Shown here one piece after another: positions 36,778-50,200 of a stretch of 64,000 bases of DNA. The notes below the pieces were generated by a model that was not told where the DNA came from, did not search any database, and worked only from the letters and a program-made list of their open reading frames with translations. The stretch spans positions 28,708,001 to 28,772,000 of the forward strand of contig NW_024704742.1 of assembly GCF_018977255.1 (NCBI RefSeq). The letters run 5' to 3'. Positions within the stretch are counted from its first letter, which is position 1; every line of letters begins with the position of its first letter. Both the position numbers and the translations under genes were made by a program. Source of the stretch: Callorhinchus milii. Lineage: Eukaryota.

Positions 36778-39406
36778 TAGGATTATTATCATATAACTGT
36801 TACTGTATTATTTTCAGTATTGACTCACAACCTCACAAAGAGAATGTTTCTCTCCTGACAGTTGTTCTCCAATATAAACTTCTGCAATCATCACCATTAA
36901 TATTACCTTGGTGACCCAGCATGAAGAAGAAAGCTCAATATGAACTTGCAGAATTTTTAAATATGTATCTTAACAACAAGCTTCATCTGTATGCTTACTG
37001 AAAGTGTAATTGAAGGCAATGCGATTTGAACAACATAATAATCACTGTGAGGAATATAGAAAAAAGCAATAAAACACATTGTTACCCACTGCTTGATGGT
37101 ATATTTTGGCCTCAATTATGACTACAACAATGACTTTGTGGACCCGTGCCTACACTTCATGTAAATATATTTTAGCAAAAATTTAAAAATACAGGTGCAA
37201 AGATTGAAAATTGATCATTTCATCCTAAATTCTGAGAGTGTTTCTTGTTTTAACTTATGAGCAGTTACACAAAAACTTGCATTGGTGTAGCATATCAACT
37301 GCCCACCTAACAAAGTTAGATACGGATTTTGCTCCACATTGTGGCATAACACATAAACTCTGGTGTCTAAAGCACCGAGTACGGATGAACACATAATGAA
37401 GTTAGACATGGTGACAAATCATGACCACATCCCCCAGTACAATACAATTAAAAGCTCTGTCAGGTTTAACTAGGTTGGACATGGAGTCTTTACTGCATTC
37501 TGCCATAACACAGAACATTTAAGACTTAGATTGCCAAATCAGAAACAGACTTTAATAAAGTTAGGCATGGTATGGGTGATTGTTACTGCCTGAAATGGTA
37601 CAACAAAATAGTCATACATATGCATTCAGAAGCAGAAAAATAAGCAACGTGCCACAAACAAATGACTTTAAGAGACTAACTCTTGTGATCGCTTGGAACT
37701 TCCAATCCATGGACACAAACACAAAAACACAAAACTAATACCACAAACATGAAACAAATGTAAAAGAGCCAATGTTGCTTCGTCCTGGTATTTCGTAAGG
37801 TTTCTTCGTTATTTGGCCATTTACGAAAAGGAACAGTTCCTGATGAAATATTTCTGCTGGCGGATCTGGCCCTGAGAGTATTTCCTTTCAATGTTCTGAA
37901 CAGAAAGTTAAACGTGTATCACGAATTGGTATCTTTAGCGAGGCAGGATTTTGTTTCTCTCTCTCTCTGTTCCTCAGGGCGAATTTTCTATATATTCTCA
38001 ACAAGGTTATTTGTTTCACGCACGTCGCAATTATGTTGTTGGACAGACTGCATAGACCTTTGTGTGTTGAAATGAGATTTGCTAATGACCAAATTCATTG
38101 ATGGATGGTTGAGAGCTTTTTAATATATATATATTTATTTTTACATTTTACATACTGCGTTGGTGGTATCTAATGGTCTCACTTAGAACTACAGCCATGA
38201 CTTTGTGTACCCGTGCCTACACTTAGTGTAAATGTAGATATATACACAAATATATATATATAATCAACAATGCTCTTATTGTTAAGATCTCACTACAATA
38301 GATCTGGCAGGTGGCACGTAGCTGGGATTCTGGCATCTCGTTCACAGGGGGTTGCCACCACATCAGTCATCCTCCTCCCCCACTCTTTTTTTGTTATAGG
38401 AATTTGCAGAAGGATTTTTGTGAAGGCACGCGAGCATCTGCCGCTGAGCCGGAGTTATTAGCATTCATACAATTAACCCCTGCAGCTCCCACTAGCCAGC
38501 AGTGAAAGGCACGGGGCTTTTTATTGCCTCCTCTACACAACAATGAGCATTATTCATCTCGCCCTCACACCCCTGACCTCGTTACCTAGAAAGAGCCACG
38601 GCAATACGACACGTGCAAGAGGGTCTCTGCAAACGACAAAGTTACCTTTTTTTTCTTATCAATATATATATATTTTAAAAAGGTTGAGGCTGCTGGATAT
38701 CCCATGTTTTTCGGTCAGGTTTCTCAGCAAGTTCAGACACTGCGAATGGAATGACTTAACGTTGGCCTCAGAGCGTTTGAGCCCCTGTGAATGAGGAATA
38801 AGGGGGCGTCGACAAAAATAATATTGCAATGAAATCTCTGTGTGTGATGTGTGTGTGTATGTGTGTGTGTGTGTGTAAGGGGGAAAGAACAGCCACAACT
38901 GTTCCGTCCAGGAGAATGTTAGAGATGGGGGAAAAAAAGGATTGCTGGCATCATTCATGTTCCTTTAACCTTGTTTTTGGAGTTAATACCTTAGCATGTA
39001 AGGGGGCGTCGACAAAAAGAATACTGCAATGAAATGTGTGTGCACAGGCGAAAGGGTACCCATGACTTTTCTGTCTAGGAGATTGTTAGAGATGGGAAAA
39101 ATACAGAAAGGCCTGCTGCTTTCATTCGGGCTCCTTTAACCTTTTGTGTGTGTGTGGGGAGGGGAGGTGGGGTGTGGGGGATGCATTACCTCAACAGTTG
39201 AGTGCACTCGGTGGGAAGTTGTATTTTTCCACCACCTTCCCATCAAAAAGTACCAATATTACTTTATTGCAAGCGTTTTGCTGAAGTTAACCAACTTATA
39301 GTTTGTCACACTTCGTTGAATGTGGTGGAACCTTTTTCTCCTGAAAGCTGCAGACGCTCTTTTTAGAGATTGAGGTACAATATTTCTTGTCTAGATAGGT
39401 CGATTT

Positions 39407-39719
39407 AATAATAATAATAATAATAATGCATTTGATATAGCGCTTTTCACATCTTCGTCTCAATGCGCTTCACAGAATATACTGTAAAGTGAATTGATTG
39501 TATATTTGTGGGCGAAATGCAACAGCCAATTGCGCACAGCAGTGTCTCACAGACAGTCGTGGATTGAAGTGACCAATTTTATTATTGTTTTTTTTCTTGA
39601 GGGATTATTATCAGGCGTGTGGAGTAAGGAAACTTGTCCAAGGTTTCACCCTGCTGGGAATCCAACCCAGATCTCTCACTTGCGAGGCGAGTGCTATAAC
39701 CACTGAGCTACAGGACTCC
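39407..39719 (-). mobile_element. Full-length SINE, short subtype
   Basis: Head-to-tail match. Confidence 0.9.
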
Positions 39720-41100
39720 ACTGCTTTTTTAAAGAAAATCAAAACTATTTTGTAGTTCCCCTATTTTCTCGCAGCCTACGTATATTTTTCCATCAACAAT
39801 TACCTTTAATCCAGTAATACAGACTGACGAGACAGTAAACTAAAACAAGAATCACCCCCACACTCTCCTTTAGAACTGCCGTCTTTCCTTCATCATATGT
39901 TTATGTAACTGGCCACTTTAAAGCATGGCTTGGGAGAAGACCAGTATATAAACGACTTGCGCTTATTATAGAGCAAACAGCAAGGACTATGTGAAAAAAA
40001 TTACTTTGAAATGAACTCATGCCACCCCCTGGCCTCTTCCCACACTTCCCACTCCAACTGCATATCTGGGTTTTTATGGGTATATATTTTTTTTAAAAAC
40101 TGCAAAAATACACCAAAGCTGAACTTCATACATAACCCTGATCAAATATTGTCTTTTGCTGAAGTTCCCAGACAAGTTTTGCAGCTGTGGCAAAACCTTT
40201 TTTTAAAGAAGGTAGTCAATCTATAGGGGGAGATAAGGTGGTTGATTTGAGGTTGTTTGTGGATGCATGTGCTTGAATATTTAAACGGTTTGGGATAACT
40301 TGAATTTTTTTCATCCTTGCCCTGCGACTGAAATCCAACAGGTGTTAGGTACCCAACGGAACTGAGTGCGAGGACAAAGCAGGAACCATCAATCTTCTAC
40401 ATTCACTCTTCAGTCAGACTTACTGCTGATGAATATTTGTCCTAGTAATATCCCCTTTCATGGATGCGACATTCTGACCTTTTAGTTCTAAGGAAAGTTA
40501 TTAAAATCTCCCCCCTCCCTTTCCCCAACACCACCCCAGTTCCAGTGAGAACTTTTGAGAAAAGATGCAACTCGATTCATGCTACTCGTTCACAACTTCC
40601 AAAATGAAACGAGTCACTTGTGGCATGAGAAAAGCAGCCCTAGTTTCACAAAGGGCAAATCCCCCCATGGAAATCTGCTTAGTATACACCCAGGAACAAG
40701 AGACATCTGTCACTATATTAAAAGCACAGCCAAATACCATCAGTAATGCAGCTAATTATGTTATACTGCAGCAAAGTTCCATATGGCGTTAAATATTCCT
40801 ACACATTCAGTCGTTAATATTTTATAGGCGCAGAAATGTGAGCAGATCAAGTTATTGCATAGTGACACGGAACATTGTAAGTCAAATCAAGCTGTTCTGC
40901 TGTTCATGCACATCATGCTCAAGCAATCTGAACACTAACATTGAAGGAGTTGCTGTGTGTTGGCGTAAAGGATCGTTCCCAATACTTAACTCTCCTTCAG
41001 CAACATTGGGATGTACAGTGTTCGTAGTTGTTTCACTAACCGCGCCATGTTATTGACTGCAGCGTGTTAGTGCCTCTAACTATAATGTCGCTCACATTTT

Positions 41101-41132
<32 letters not shown>

Positions 41133-41432
41133 TGGCTTTCACGTTATATAGTCTATCCACAAACCCCATAAAATCTAGCAGCTTAACCCCCTCGCTGTGC
41201 TTCAGCAAAATTACAGTTAAACTCAGATCAACTTTCAGTTCACTTGAAAGACTGCTTTTCCTGATTGTGATTCCCTTGAACAAAGAGAGATCCATTTTAG
41301 TGAAGGAGTCTAATCTTACTGACCAGTCACTTTGAGAAGAGAATCATTCCGCCATACAGACACAAACACTGTTACCCTAAACTTTATGCGGGTGGGTGGG
41401 GGGGGTTAGCATTTACATGTACATGTACATAG

Positions 41433-41624
41433 TTCTCTTTGACCGTGCCTTCAGCTCCCCTCTCGACTCTCTACCCCTTCCTCGCTCCCTCCCTTCCCTC
41501 CCCTCACCCTGACCATTTCCCCCCCTGCTCGGGTCCCGACACAACTGTCCAGCGCCTTGGGACGTCCTCCCGACGTGAAAGGCGCTCTATAAATGAAATC
41601 TTGTTGTTGTTGTTCTTGTTGTTC
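41433..41624 (+). mobile_element. Short young LINE 3'-end insertion with (GTT)n tail
   Basis: Nearly identical to 14449-14631. Confidence 0.88.
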
Positions 41625-44600
41625 TGATCCTGAGTTTCCATTTGCCCCTCTGGTCAAGCTGATCTGTTGCACACCTCCAACATTGGTGGGCAGCTTCCCC
41701 TGCCTCAGTAACGCACCCAGACTGACATTTGGCTCATCGCTTTGAATGCGTCTACCCTTCAGCTGTTGGGACACAATAACAGCACAGGTTGTCCGAACAG
41801 AAAGGTGGGTGAAATTAAAAAAAGAGAGAGGACGCTATTTCGGCTCTAAAAGCTAATAGTCTGTGTAATCTGTGACTCTGGTGAGCAGCAATCTCTGCCC
41901 GTTTTGCCATTGGTATTTCCCTTCGTAAGTAACATGTGATGGTAATCCCAGCAGCATGTGAATCAGAGCCCAGCGTCGCCCATACACTTCACGATTTATT
42001 GCAGACTCTTTCCAGGTTTTATCAAGGCCTGATTCAATCCTCTGACCCAAAGATACAGAGGGACAAAGAGAGAGGGGGGTAGAGAGAGAGAGAGTGAGAG
42101 AGAGAGAGCCTGCAAGCAGCGACAGCAGGAGAAAGCAGCCCCTACTCAGCCCAGGACCCCCAACAAAACCACTGCAAACCGTGTCGTGTCAGCCTCTGTT
42201 GGAATTTGACTGCCATCATTAAGCTTGGACGGGTTCAGGATCATTTAACAAACTATCCGAAAGCTGGCCAAACTCTCCCACAGCAGCAGCAGCGGGAAAG
42301 CATGTTGGGTTCATCCTCCTGAGCAGATTCCATTCCCATGCTCTACTTAACTAGCAAGAAAGCGCGCAAAAAAAAAGGAAGGAAACTGCGGTATTTGCAG
42401 TGGGCTCCAGGGCTTTTATGTAAGATCGAGGCGGTTGTTAAGAGATGGAGATTGCTGCCTCGCTGAAATGAAACATAATCCCGTTCAGCTCATTTTGGAG
42501 AACTTTCCCCCCCACCCCATATTTTTTTATTCGCAGAAAGAAAATGATTCAAGTTTTGTGGGTTAGAGCACCAGATGCGCCAAGCCACTGAAACTCCAGT
42601 GTGTGTGTGTGTATGCGTGCGTGTGTGTTCCTAACAGCTTCACTTAAGGGCAAAATAAATCAAAGTAATCTGTTTCTAGCTGTTTGATTTTTTTTCCCCC
42701 CCTTTCTTTCGTTTTCCAGTGTGGGCTCCCTCCTTCCTTCCCGCCATATGGCAGCTGAGCAAGGGCTGGGGCATGCCACAGGGTTTCAACTCTCAACAAA
42801 GGAGGCAGCAGCCTAAAAGGAGTTCATGAATGCATGGGACACATTCATGTAAAGAAAAGCAGCTTCAATCCTGTCAGAGAAGACTAAAGGGGAGGTTGAT
42901 GGACACGACATCACTTCGCGTAAAAGCGACTGAGATTCTCTCCACTGCTCATCCCTCTCCTTTGGTTCCCTGCCAGAATCCCATTAGTTACATCAGTTGT
43001 GGACTCTTAAACCCTCAAGAGTGCATGAGAAAAGAAGACTCCAGCAGAAATACAAATTAGGTTGTCTTATCGTCTGAGTGTAAATTTGTCAAAAGAAGTT
43101 TGGCGTGCCATCATAATGGCATTAGCAATGTTTTGTCACTTGCACTGCAGTGTCCTAGTTATAAAACTTGAAAGCATTTTCCAGGCCTGTGTCCAGGATG
43201 TTCACAAAGTCCTGGTTACCCCCTGTGTTTTTCTTACAATGAATTTTTATCTTTTGTTGCAGATGAGTCAAGTGTAACAATGTCTGATATCAGTAACTTC
43301 CTTGTCACTCCATCCATGTGGTTGAAGAAGTTAGACCGAACACGACGACCGATCATTCTCTGCCATGAAAATGATGGTGCTCACACCGATCCTCTGGACG
43401 TCTAAATACAGTTAAAAACTTGTACAATTAATTATTTCTAAATACAATTATCATAATTCTTCCACACATTTCAGTTGTTGGTCAGTGCACCGTGTAAAAA
43501 CAAACATGGGGGTAACAGGATTTTGTGAACAGATTGTACATTATATTGTACAGACATCCATACATTTTCACAAATTTATTCAGAAAACTTAACCAGAAAG
43601 TTATATTTCTATCCCATCTATTGTGTAAAAAAAAGCTATTGCAATGTGCCGTGTTTCTTTTAAGGGTTAGTTCAATCTGAATACCAAACATCTGTACTGC
43701 ACGAGACTAAGCAGCATACCTCTGTAAAAGCCTATTGAATTCAAAAAGTCTCTAGAGGATAACATGAAGTAGAATGTTTCAATTGGAAACGTTTGAGTCC
43801 GGGCACTGTCTGGCTTTGCAGACCTATTGCAGTCACCCTTCCAGCCCTCCACCAGCAGCTTGACTTATTTCGCGCAAACTCTTTTCAGCAATTTGCCCGA
43901 ACAATGCAGCTATTCAGCTGCACCCTTTCTCTGCGGTCACATCTGTTTACATGGCTTGTATCCACTAGCAAAAAGAACCATGCCTCCCACCTCCATTTTA
44001 TCAGATACAGAGCAATGAAAGAAGATGGTCTCGAGCTCTTTTGTGCTTCAGATTTATTTTATTGAACAAAAGACTTAAGCACCAACTTTCCAACAAAAAA
44101 AAGTAGTTTTCTACTCCATCCTTTTTGAACTTAAGTCTGAAGCAATAATGGTGCAATGGCCAGAGAGACATAATTATTTATAAAGGAGCATTTCAGTGTA
44201 CACCAAGCTTTAGAAGGCAACTGCATTGGCATTTAGTTTTGTTCTGTGATTTCTTTAGTGCAATAAAACTCAATGATGGAGAAACTATTCTCCTCTGCTA
44301 GGGATTAAATAGCAACAAATTGAAGAAAACAAAACTAAAAGCAAATCATCATTAACGAAGGACAAACAAAATCAATGTGTGCGGGATTTTTGTGTAGAAT
44401 ACCCAAAATAGATTTGTTTTGCTTCTCCTGCCCCCACCCCCGCAACTGTGGCATTAACAGAATTAAAACGCTCTGTTCAGTAACAATTCAGACTGTGTGA
44501 ACTTTTCTTTATTTTCTCCACTATCATAAAGCCTGAAGTTGGTCCCAGAAGGTTAATGTTGAATGTGGCAGAACAGCATGAAATATCTGACTTCCTTGTC

Positions 44601-46444
44601 TTTGTTTAGATAAGCAGCGCTGTACTAAGCTCTGGTTTAGAGGTTCCCAGAGAGGTACACTGGTCTTTTAGCTGTCCCATGTGAACCATCTGCAAATGAT
44701 CATTGTGTGGCAAGTAGCCGAGATCAGCCTGTCGTCAGAAACATTAGGTTTCATTTAAGGATTTTGGCAAATGCATGCATTTCAAATGTAGACCTTTGAC
44801 TGCATTCTTAAGCACAACTTCCTGTTATAAACAATCTCTAATGTAAACTGTTTGCATCTGCAAAGTAAACTAGTTTTATTGTTACAGAGAAAAACATATT
44901 TAATCTGCAGCTTGTGAGAGAAAGGGAATGCCTTGTTCTGTATTAAAACTATTATTAAAAAGCTATGGTTCTGTGCACTTTATGATGGAAACTGTTTAAA
45001 TGTAATTCCTTTGTGTATTAATGCGAGTCGGTAAATTTTACAAATCCACTGAAGAAAGATTTGGGAGTGATAGTAATGAGTTTATTTCCCTCTACATACG
45101 TGCACTTCCACTGAAAAGATTAGACATTATGCACATTCAAAATAACATCCACATGAGTTTTGTTCAAATGAACATACACACGCACAATCAAAGCACAAAA
45201 CTTGACATATCCAAACGACAAAGTGGCATTCTGGGGGCTGATCCTCCCATCAGTAGCTAAGTGGGGGATGCGAACATCACAGTGAACATGTTAGAGCATT
45301 AAACTTTAATCCCTGTTAATTTCGGACCGTGAGAACCACCCCAAGATTGCCATATGTCATGACAATGTAATTTAAACAAACTGAAAAGCAGGCTTGTCTG
45401 ACGCTTACTGAGGTGGTAAGTCACAAGCTCTGAGCTAAGTATGGCTGAGTTGCATACAAAACTCCCCAAGTTTGCAAACCAAAATGTGGATGACATGATG
45501 TGATGGCTGATTATGGAGTACTATTCACAGAATACATCCATCAAGAGTACCACATCCCACAACTAACTGAACTAGACAGTTAGTGGAGAACAATACAGTT
45601 GAAAGATAATAATTTTGCATTTGGTACAGCAATTTATCACATCAGAAGGACATCTCAAAGTGCTACATGGGATTTACTGTGAAGTGGAGTGAGTGTGTAT
45701 TTGTTGGCAAGTGTGCCTCGATGGTAAAAAACTGAGCATCTCTTCACCACCATTTTAGGATGTCATGGACGTGCTCAGAGAAGAAAGTGAGGCCAGTTAC
45801 TGGCCATTTTCCTCCTTGCTTTGAGTTGTGCGTTATTCAGAATCTTGATGCCAACACACTGAAGAACAAAAGAAAATCACCACTTCCTCCCATCTCGCAA
45901 TGAAGAAGATAAACTATAAGTTAGTTAAATGTGAGAAACCTTTATTGTGCTACTGCATGTCAATGTAAAACTTAGCACGATGTCTCTTATTCAAACTATA
46001 CACTTGTCAGCTTGACTCAGTTGATACTGTAAATTGATTGCCGAATTCATCTACAAAATAGGCTAAACTTTACATTATATCCTATGAAGTGCTTTAAGAC
46101 ACCTTCATGAAATGAAAAATGCTATATTAAATACAATAATTATTATGATAAATAATCGGTTCCTTCTAAACACAATTTTGCTTATTATGATGATTTAAAT
46201 AATTATGATATTTTTAAATAATTAGGATAATTTTAAATAATCCTAAACACATTGGAATTGAAAAAAAATCGAGCACCCAATTAACAATACTGTGAAACAA
46301 AAGACAAATCCCTTTTTAGTATAAAAACACACATTTTTGGTTCACTAAAAAAGTATCATTACATTTTTCATTAAGATTTAGAACTGTATCATTGCTTTCA
46401 ATGGTACACATATGGTCTGTTACTTTGAAGGTTTAAGATCTGTT

Positions 46445-46769
46445 AATAATAATAATAATAATCCTTGCCTTTGATATAGCGCTTTTCACGTCTTCTAGAC
46501 GTCTCAAAGCGCTTCACAGAATATACTGTAAAGTGAATTGACTGTATATTTGTGGGCGAACGCGGCAGCCAATTGCGCAGAGCGATGTCCCACAAACAGT
46601 CGTAGATTGAAAATGACCAATTTATTATTGTTTTTGTTTTTTGAAGGGATTACTATTAGGCTCTGTGTGGAGTAAGGAAACTTACCCAAGGTTTCGCCCT
46701 GTGCCTGGAATTGAACTCAGGTCTCTCGCTTGCAAAGCGAGTGCTCTAACCACTGAGTTACAGGACTCC
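46445..46769 (-). mobile_element. Full-length SINE, short subtype
   Basis: Head-to-tail match with CpGs intact. Confidence 0.92.
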
Positions 46770-46874
46770 ACGATAATAAGAGAAGCACTATATAAAGAAT
46801 TAAAATAAGCAGAAGTAAAGCATAATTTAAACATAGCAAAGTATAACAGCATTAATGATTCTTCAGTTCATTTG

Positions 46875-47165
46875 GATACTCTGCCTGCTCCTCCGCTCAG
46901 ATAACACTGGCCTGCTGTATGTTCCTCTGCCTCCTTTGCGCTACCTTTGATGGCCAAGCATTCATTCACTCTGCCCCAGAGCTCTGGAACTCCCTGGCTC
47001 TATCCCTTCATCTCACACCCTCTCTATCTGTCTTTAAATCTCATCTCTTTGATCGTGGTTTTGGTCACCAACCCCGCCCTTTCTCACTCGCTCGTTGTCT
47101 ACTGTGAAGTGATCCGAGACATTATTCTGTGTGAAGAGTATTATATAAATGCAAGTTCTTGCTGT
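46875..47165 (+). mobile_element. L2-clade LINE 3' end
   Basis: TFDGQAFIHSAPELWNSL...FKSHLFD plus tail. Confidence 0.78.
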
Positions 47166-47584
47166 CAGTAACAATAAAGTTTTTTCCTGGCGGAAAATGC
47201 GTAATTTGCAGATGCAGAATCATGATAATGCCTCATGTTTGGGGTCCACAAACCCAGCATGACAAGCGGTAGAATGCCCAAACTGGAATGGCAATGTAAT
47301 AGTTACCTTCCAAATTATTCCTTACTTGTTGAACAGCCCTTGCTATCTCTCTTCACATCTGAATATTGCTTGTATCGAGCAGTACAGCCAGAATATCTAC
47401 AAAGACGAGGCGATGCTGGTTTTGTTCAGACATAGTGCAGAGTAGATGGTTTCTGTGCAGAAAATATTTTTCTGGAGAAAATCTTGGCTATGGATAAGTT
47501 CTTTCCTGAATGCTGTTTGTCCCCAAAACAGCGTTTTTAACATGTTTCCCAGCTTGTCCTCCTTTCTGCTGTCAAGGTCTCCAA

Positions 47585-48431
47585 AACAACAAGATTACAT
47601 TTGTATAGCGCCTTTCACATCGGGAGGACGTCCCAAGGGGCTGGACAGTGTACAGCATTTCAGACCTGAGCTGGGGTCAGGGGGGGAGAAGGGAGGGGAG
47701 GGGAAGAGGGGTGGCCGATGGCATGGTCGAAGAGGAGGGTCCTGAGGCAGGACTTGAAGGAGGCTAAGGAGGGTCGAGGCGGAGTGATTGGGGGATGGAA
47801 TTCCAGAGGGGAGAGGGACATGAGCAGGCCAGAGCCGGCTGAGCGAAGGGAACGGGCGGGTTTGTAGGGAGTCAGGAGGTCACAGAGGTAGGGTGGGGCG
47901 AGGCCATGGAGGGCTTTGTAGGTGAGGACCAAGATCTTAAACTGGATCCTCTGAAGGATAGGGAGCCAATGAAGTCGGGTGAGAGTGGGGGAGATGGGAT
48001 CATGGAGTTTGATGTGGGAGAGGACACGGGCTGCAGAGTTCTGGATTATCTGCAGCCTGTGGAGGGAGGAGTTGGGAAGGCCGACAAGCAGGACATTTGC
48101 ATAGTCGAGCCTGGAGGTGATGAAGGCATGAACAAGAGTTTCAACGGCCTGAGGGGTGAGGTATTGGCGGAGTCGGGAGATGTTACGGAGGTGAGGGAAG
48201 GTAGAGTGGGTCATGGCTTGGATGTGGGGAAGAAAAGACAGTTGAGGGTCGAACAAGACACCGAGGTTCCTGACTGGCTGGTGAGTTGTAGTGAGCAACG
48301 ATAGAGGTTGATGCTGCCAGAGCCTGAGATGCTGAGGCGCTGGCGCGAGCCAATTAGGAGGGCTTCAGTCTTGTTCACATTCAGCTGTAGGAAGTTTGCC
48401 CTCATCCAGGACTTGATGTCTGACAGGCACT
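47585..48431 (-). mobile_element. 5'-truncated L2-clade LINE
   Basis: 212-aa [17 protein letters not shown]...SRLDYANVLLVGLP...LHWLPILQRIQFKILVLTYKALHGLAPPYL, typical of the L2 ORF2 C-terminus. Confidence 0.93.
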
Positions 48432-49599
48432 ACAATTTTACAAAAAAAACAGGAAACTGAATAAAGGTTGCTATTTTTATTGCTTTTTGTATCAATATGA
48501 GTTGCTGAGTATGAGAATTCCTCCAGCCATTCAGCACGTCACTCTGTGGGGATGCCAGCAACCTCCCCAAAGTCTAAGCCCAAGGAACAGTTACACTTTT
48601 TACAAGTTAAAATTAGGTCTGCACAGGCATATTTTGAACTGTTGCAGACAGATATATTAATGTGCATGAGGTGTAATGGCCATTTGAGTTAAAGAAGCCA
48701 TTCACTATTGTTCCAAGCCAAAACAGTACATCTGGCCCTTATATCCATGCGTACAGCTAAGCTACAAATAGTAACTAAACACTTGCTTTGGAACTGTGCA
48801 CAAGTACAAAACTCAGTGAATATTTCCCGGCCAGCCTTTACCAAGCAGTTCATATGGTTTAATTAATGTCTTTTTTATGAGTATTACTGTTTGTTCCTCA
48901 AATAAAATACTTTTACAAAGTAGTGGAAAAGAAACATTCCTCCTCCTTACTAAATGTCACAGATATCTCCAAGTGAACAATGTCCTCAATATAAAGTGGC
49001 TTAATGCACAAGGATGGAAAGATTTAACATGAATGATCATGTTTGTGAAGTGATCATCCATCCCCATTCTTATGACCTTCATTCCTATTCTTAGTCTGAT
49101 ATTTATCCAGTTCTTTATAAAATAAACGAATTGAGGTAGCATGAAATATCTTTATTTGGAATCTATTTCACATCCTCACTACTCTGTGGGAAAATGTTTT
49201 AATTTTGTACTTATGTACAGTAGTTCTGCAGTCACAACTGGGTTAAGTAATTTGTTTATTCATAAATTATCTGTGTCTCTTATGATGAAAAACAAAGATT
49301 GCAAAATTTGTCGCTAGCTGTTTATTTGAGATAGTGCCCTGCTTCAAACTAGATTCAAATAAATATGCAATTTTTCCTTTGAATATCCACTTTCATAAAT
49401 AATATAATAAACCTAAATATTTATAACTTTATTTGTAGTTTGTGCTAGAATAATATATATATATCTATATATATAATCTGGCCAATGTTTCACAATGTTG
49501 TATGAATAAAATACTACTATTAAAACAGCTTCTGTTTTGCATAAAAATTGCAAAATGTGAAGTCTTATTTCATTTTGTATATATTTCCAAGTGTGGGTT

Positions 49600-49972
49600 A
49601 ATAACAATAATAATAGTAATAATCCTTGCATTTTGATAATAGCATCTTATCATGTCATTGAGACATCTCAAAGTGTTTCATAGGTTATACTGTAAAGTAG
49701 ATTGACTGTATTTTGTGTAAGAAATTATGCAGCTGATTGCACATTGCAGTGTCCCACAAACAGTCATGGAGAGGATGACCACATTTTTTGGGAGGGGGAT
49801 TATTACCCCCCGAAAGTGAACTTCCAAGCAACTAATAATCTGGTTCCTACTTACTGCTAGGTAAACAAAGGCGTATGGAGTAAGGAAACTTGCCCAAGGT
49901 TTCGCCCAGCCCGGGAATCAAACCAAGATCCTCTTGCTTACGAGACAAGTGTGCTAACCACTACTCTACAGG
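49600..49972 (-). mobile_element. SINE, long subtype
   Basis: Contains the extra internal segment (ttcctacttactgctaggtaaac on the plus strand). Confidence 0.87.
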
Positions 49973-50024
49973 GTTAGCACACTACACAGTTGCCTCAGGG
50001 GTCTGAGCAGCCTTAACTAAATGA

Positions 50025-50200
50025 ATGAAAATGTCATCTTTGCTGACTGTAAGGTTCTATGTGAAATTAATTTGGGCAGTCTCAGCCCTGTATCCGGTGA
50101 CAAGAGAATACAGCAAAAACAACCTATGCCTAATTTTACATTAATAGAGACCACTGGGAAGAAATTCCATCCGAGTCTAGAGATACTCTATGTAGCATTT
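50025..50200 (+). mobile_element. Possible LF-SINE-like relic
   Basis: ctatgtgaaattaatttgggcagtctcagccc resembles the recalled LF-SINE core; a similar degraded stretch lies near 4805-4960. Confidence 0.35.

Noticed and set aside
47660..48298. Intact-looking 212-aa ORF as a host gene
   Set aside because: C-terminal piece of a truncated L2 ORF2.
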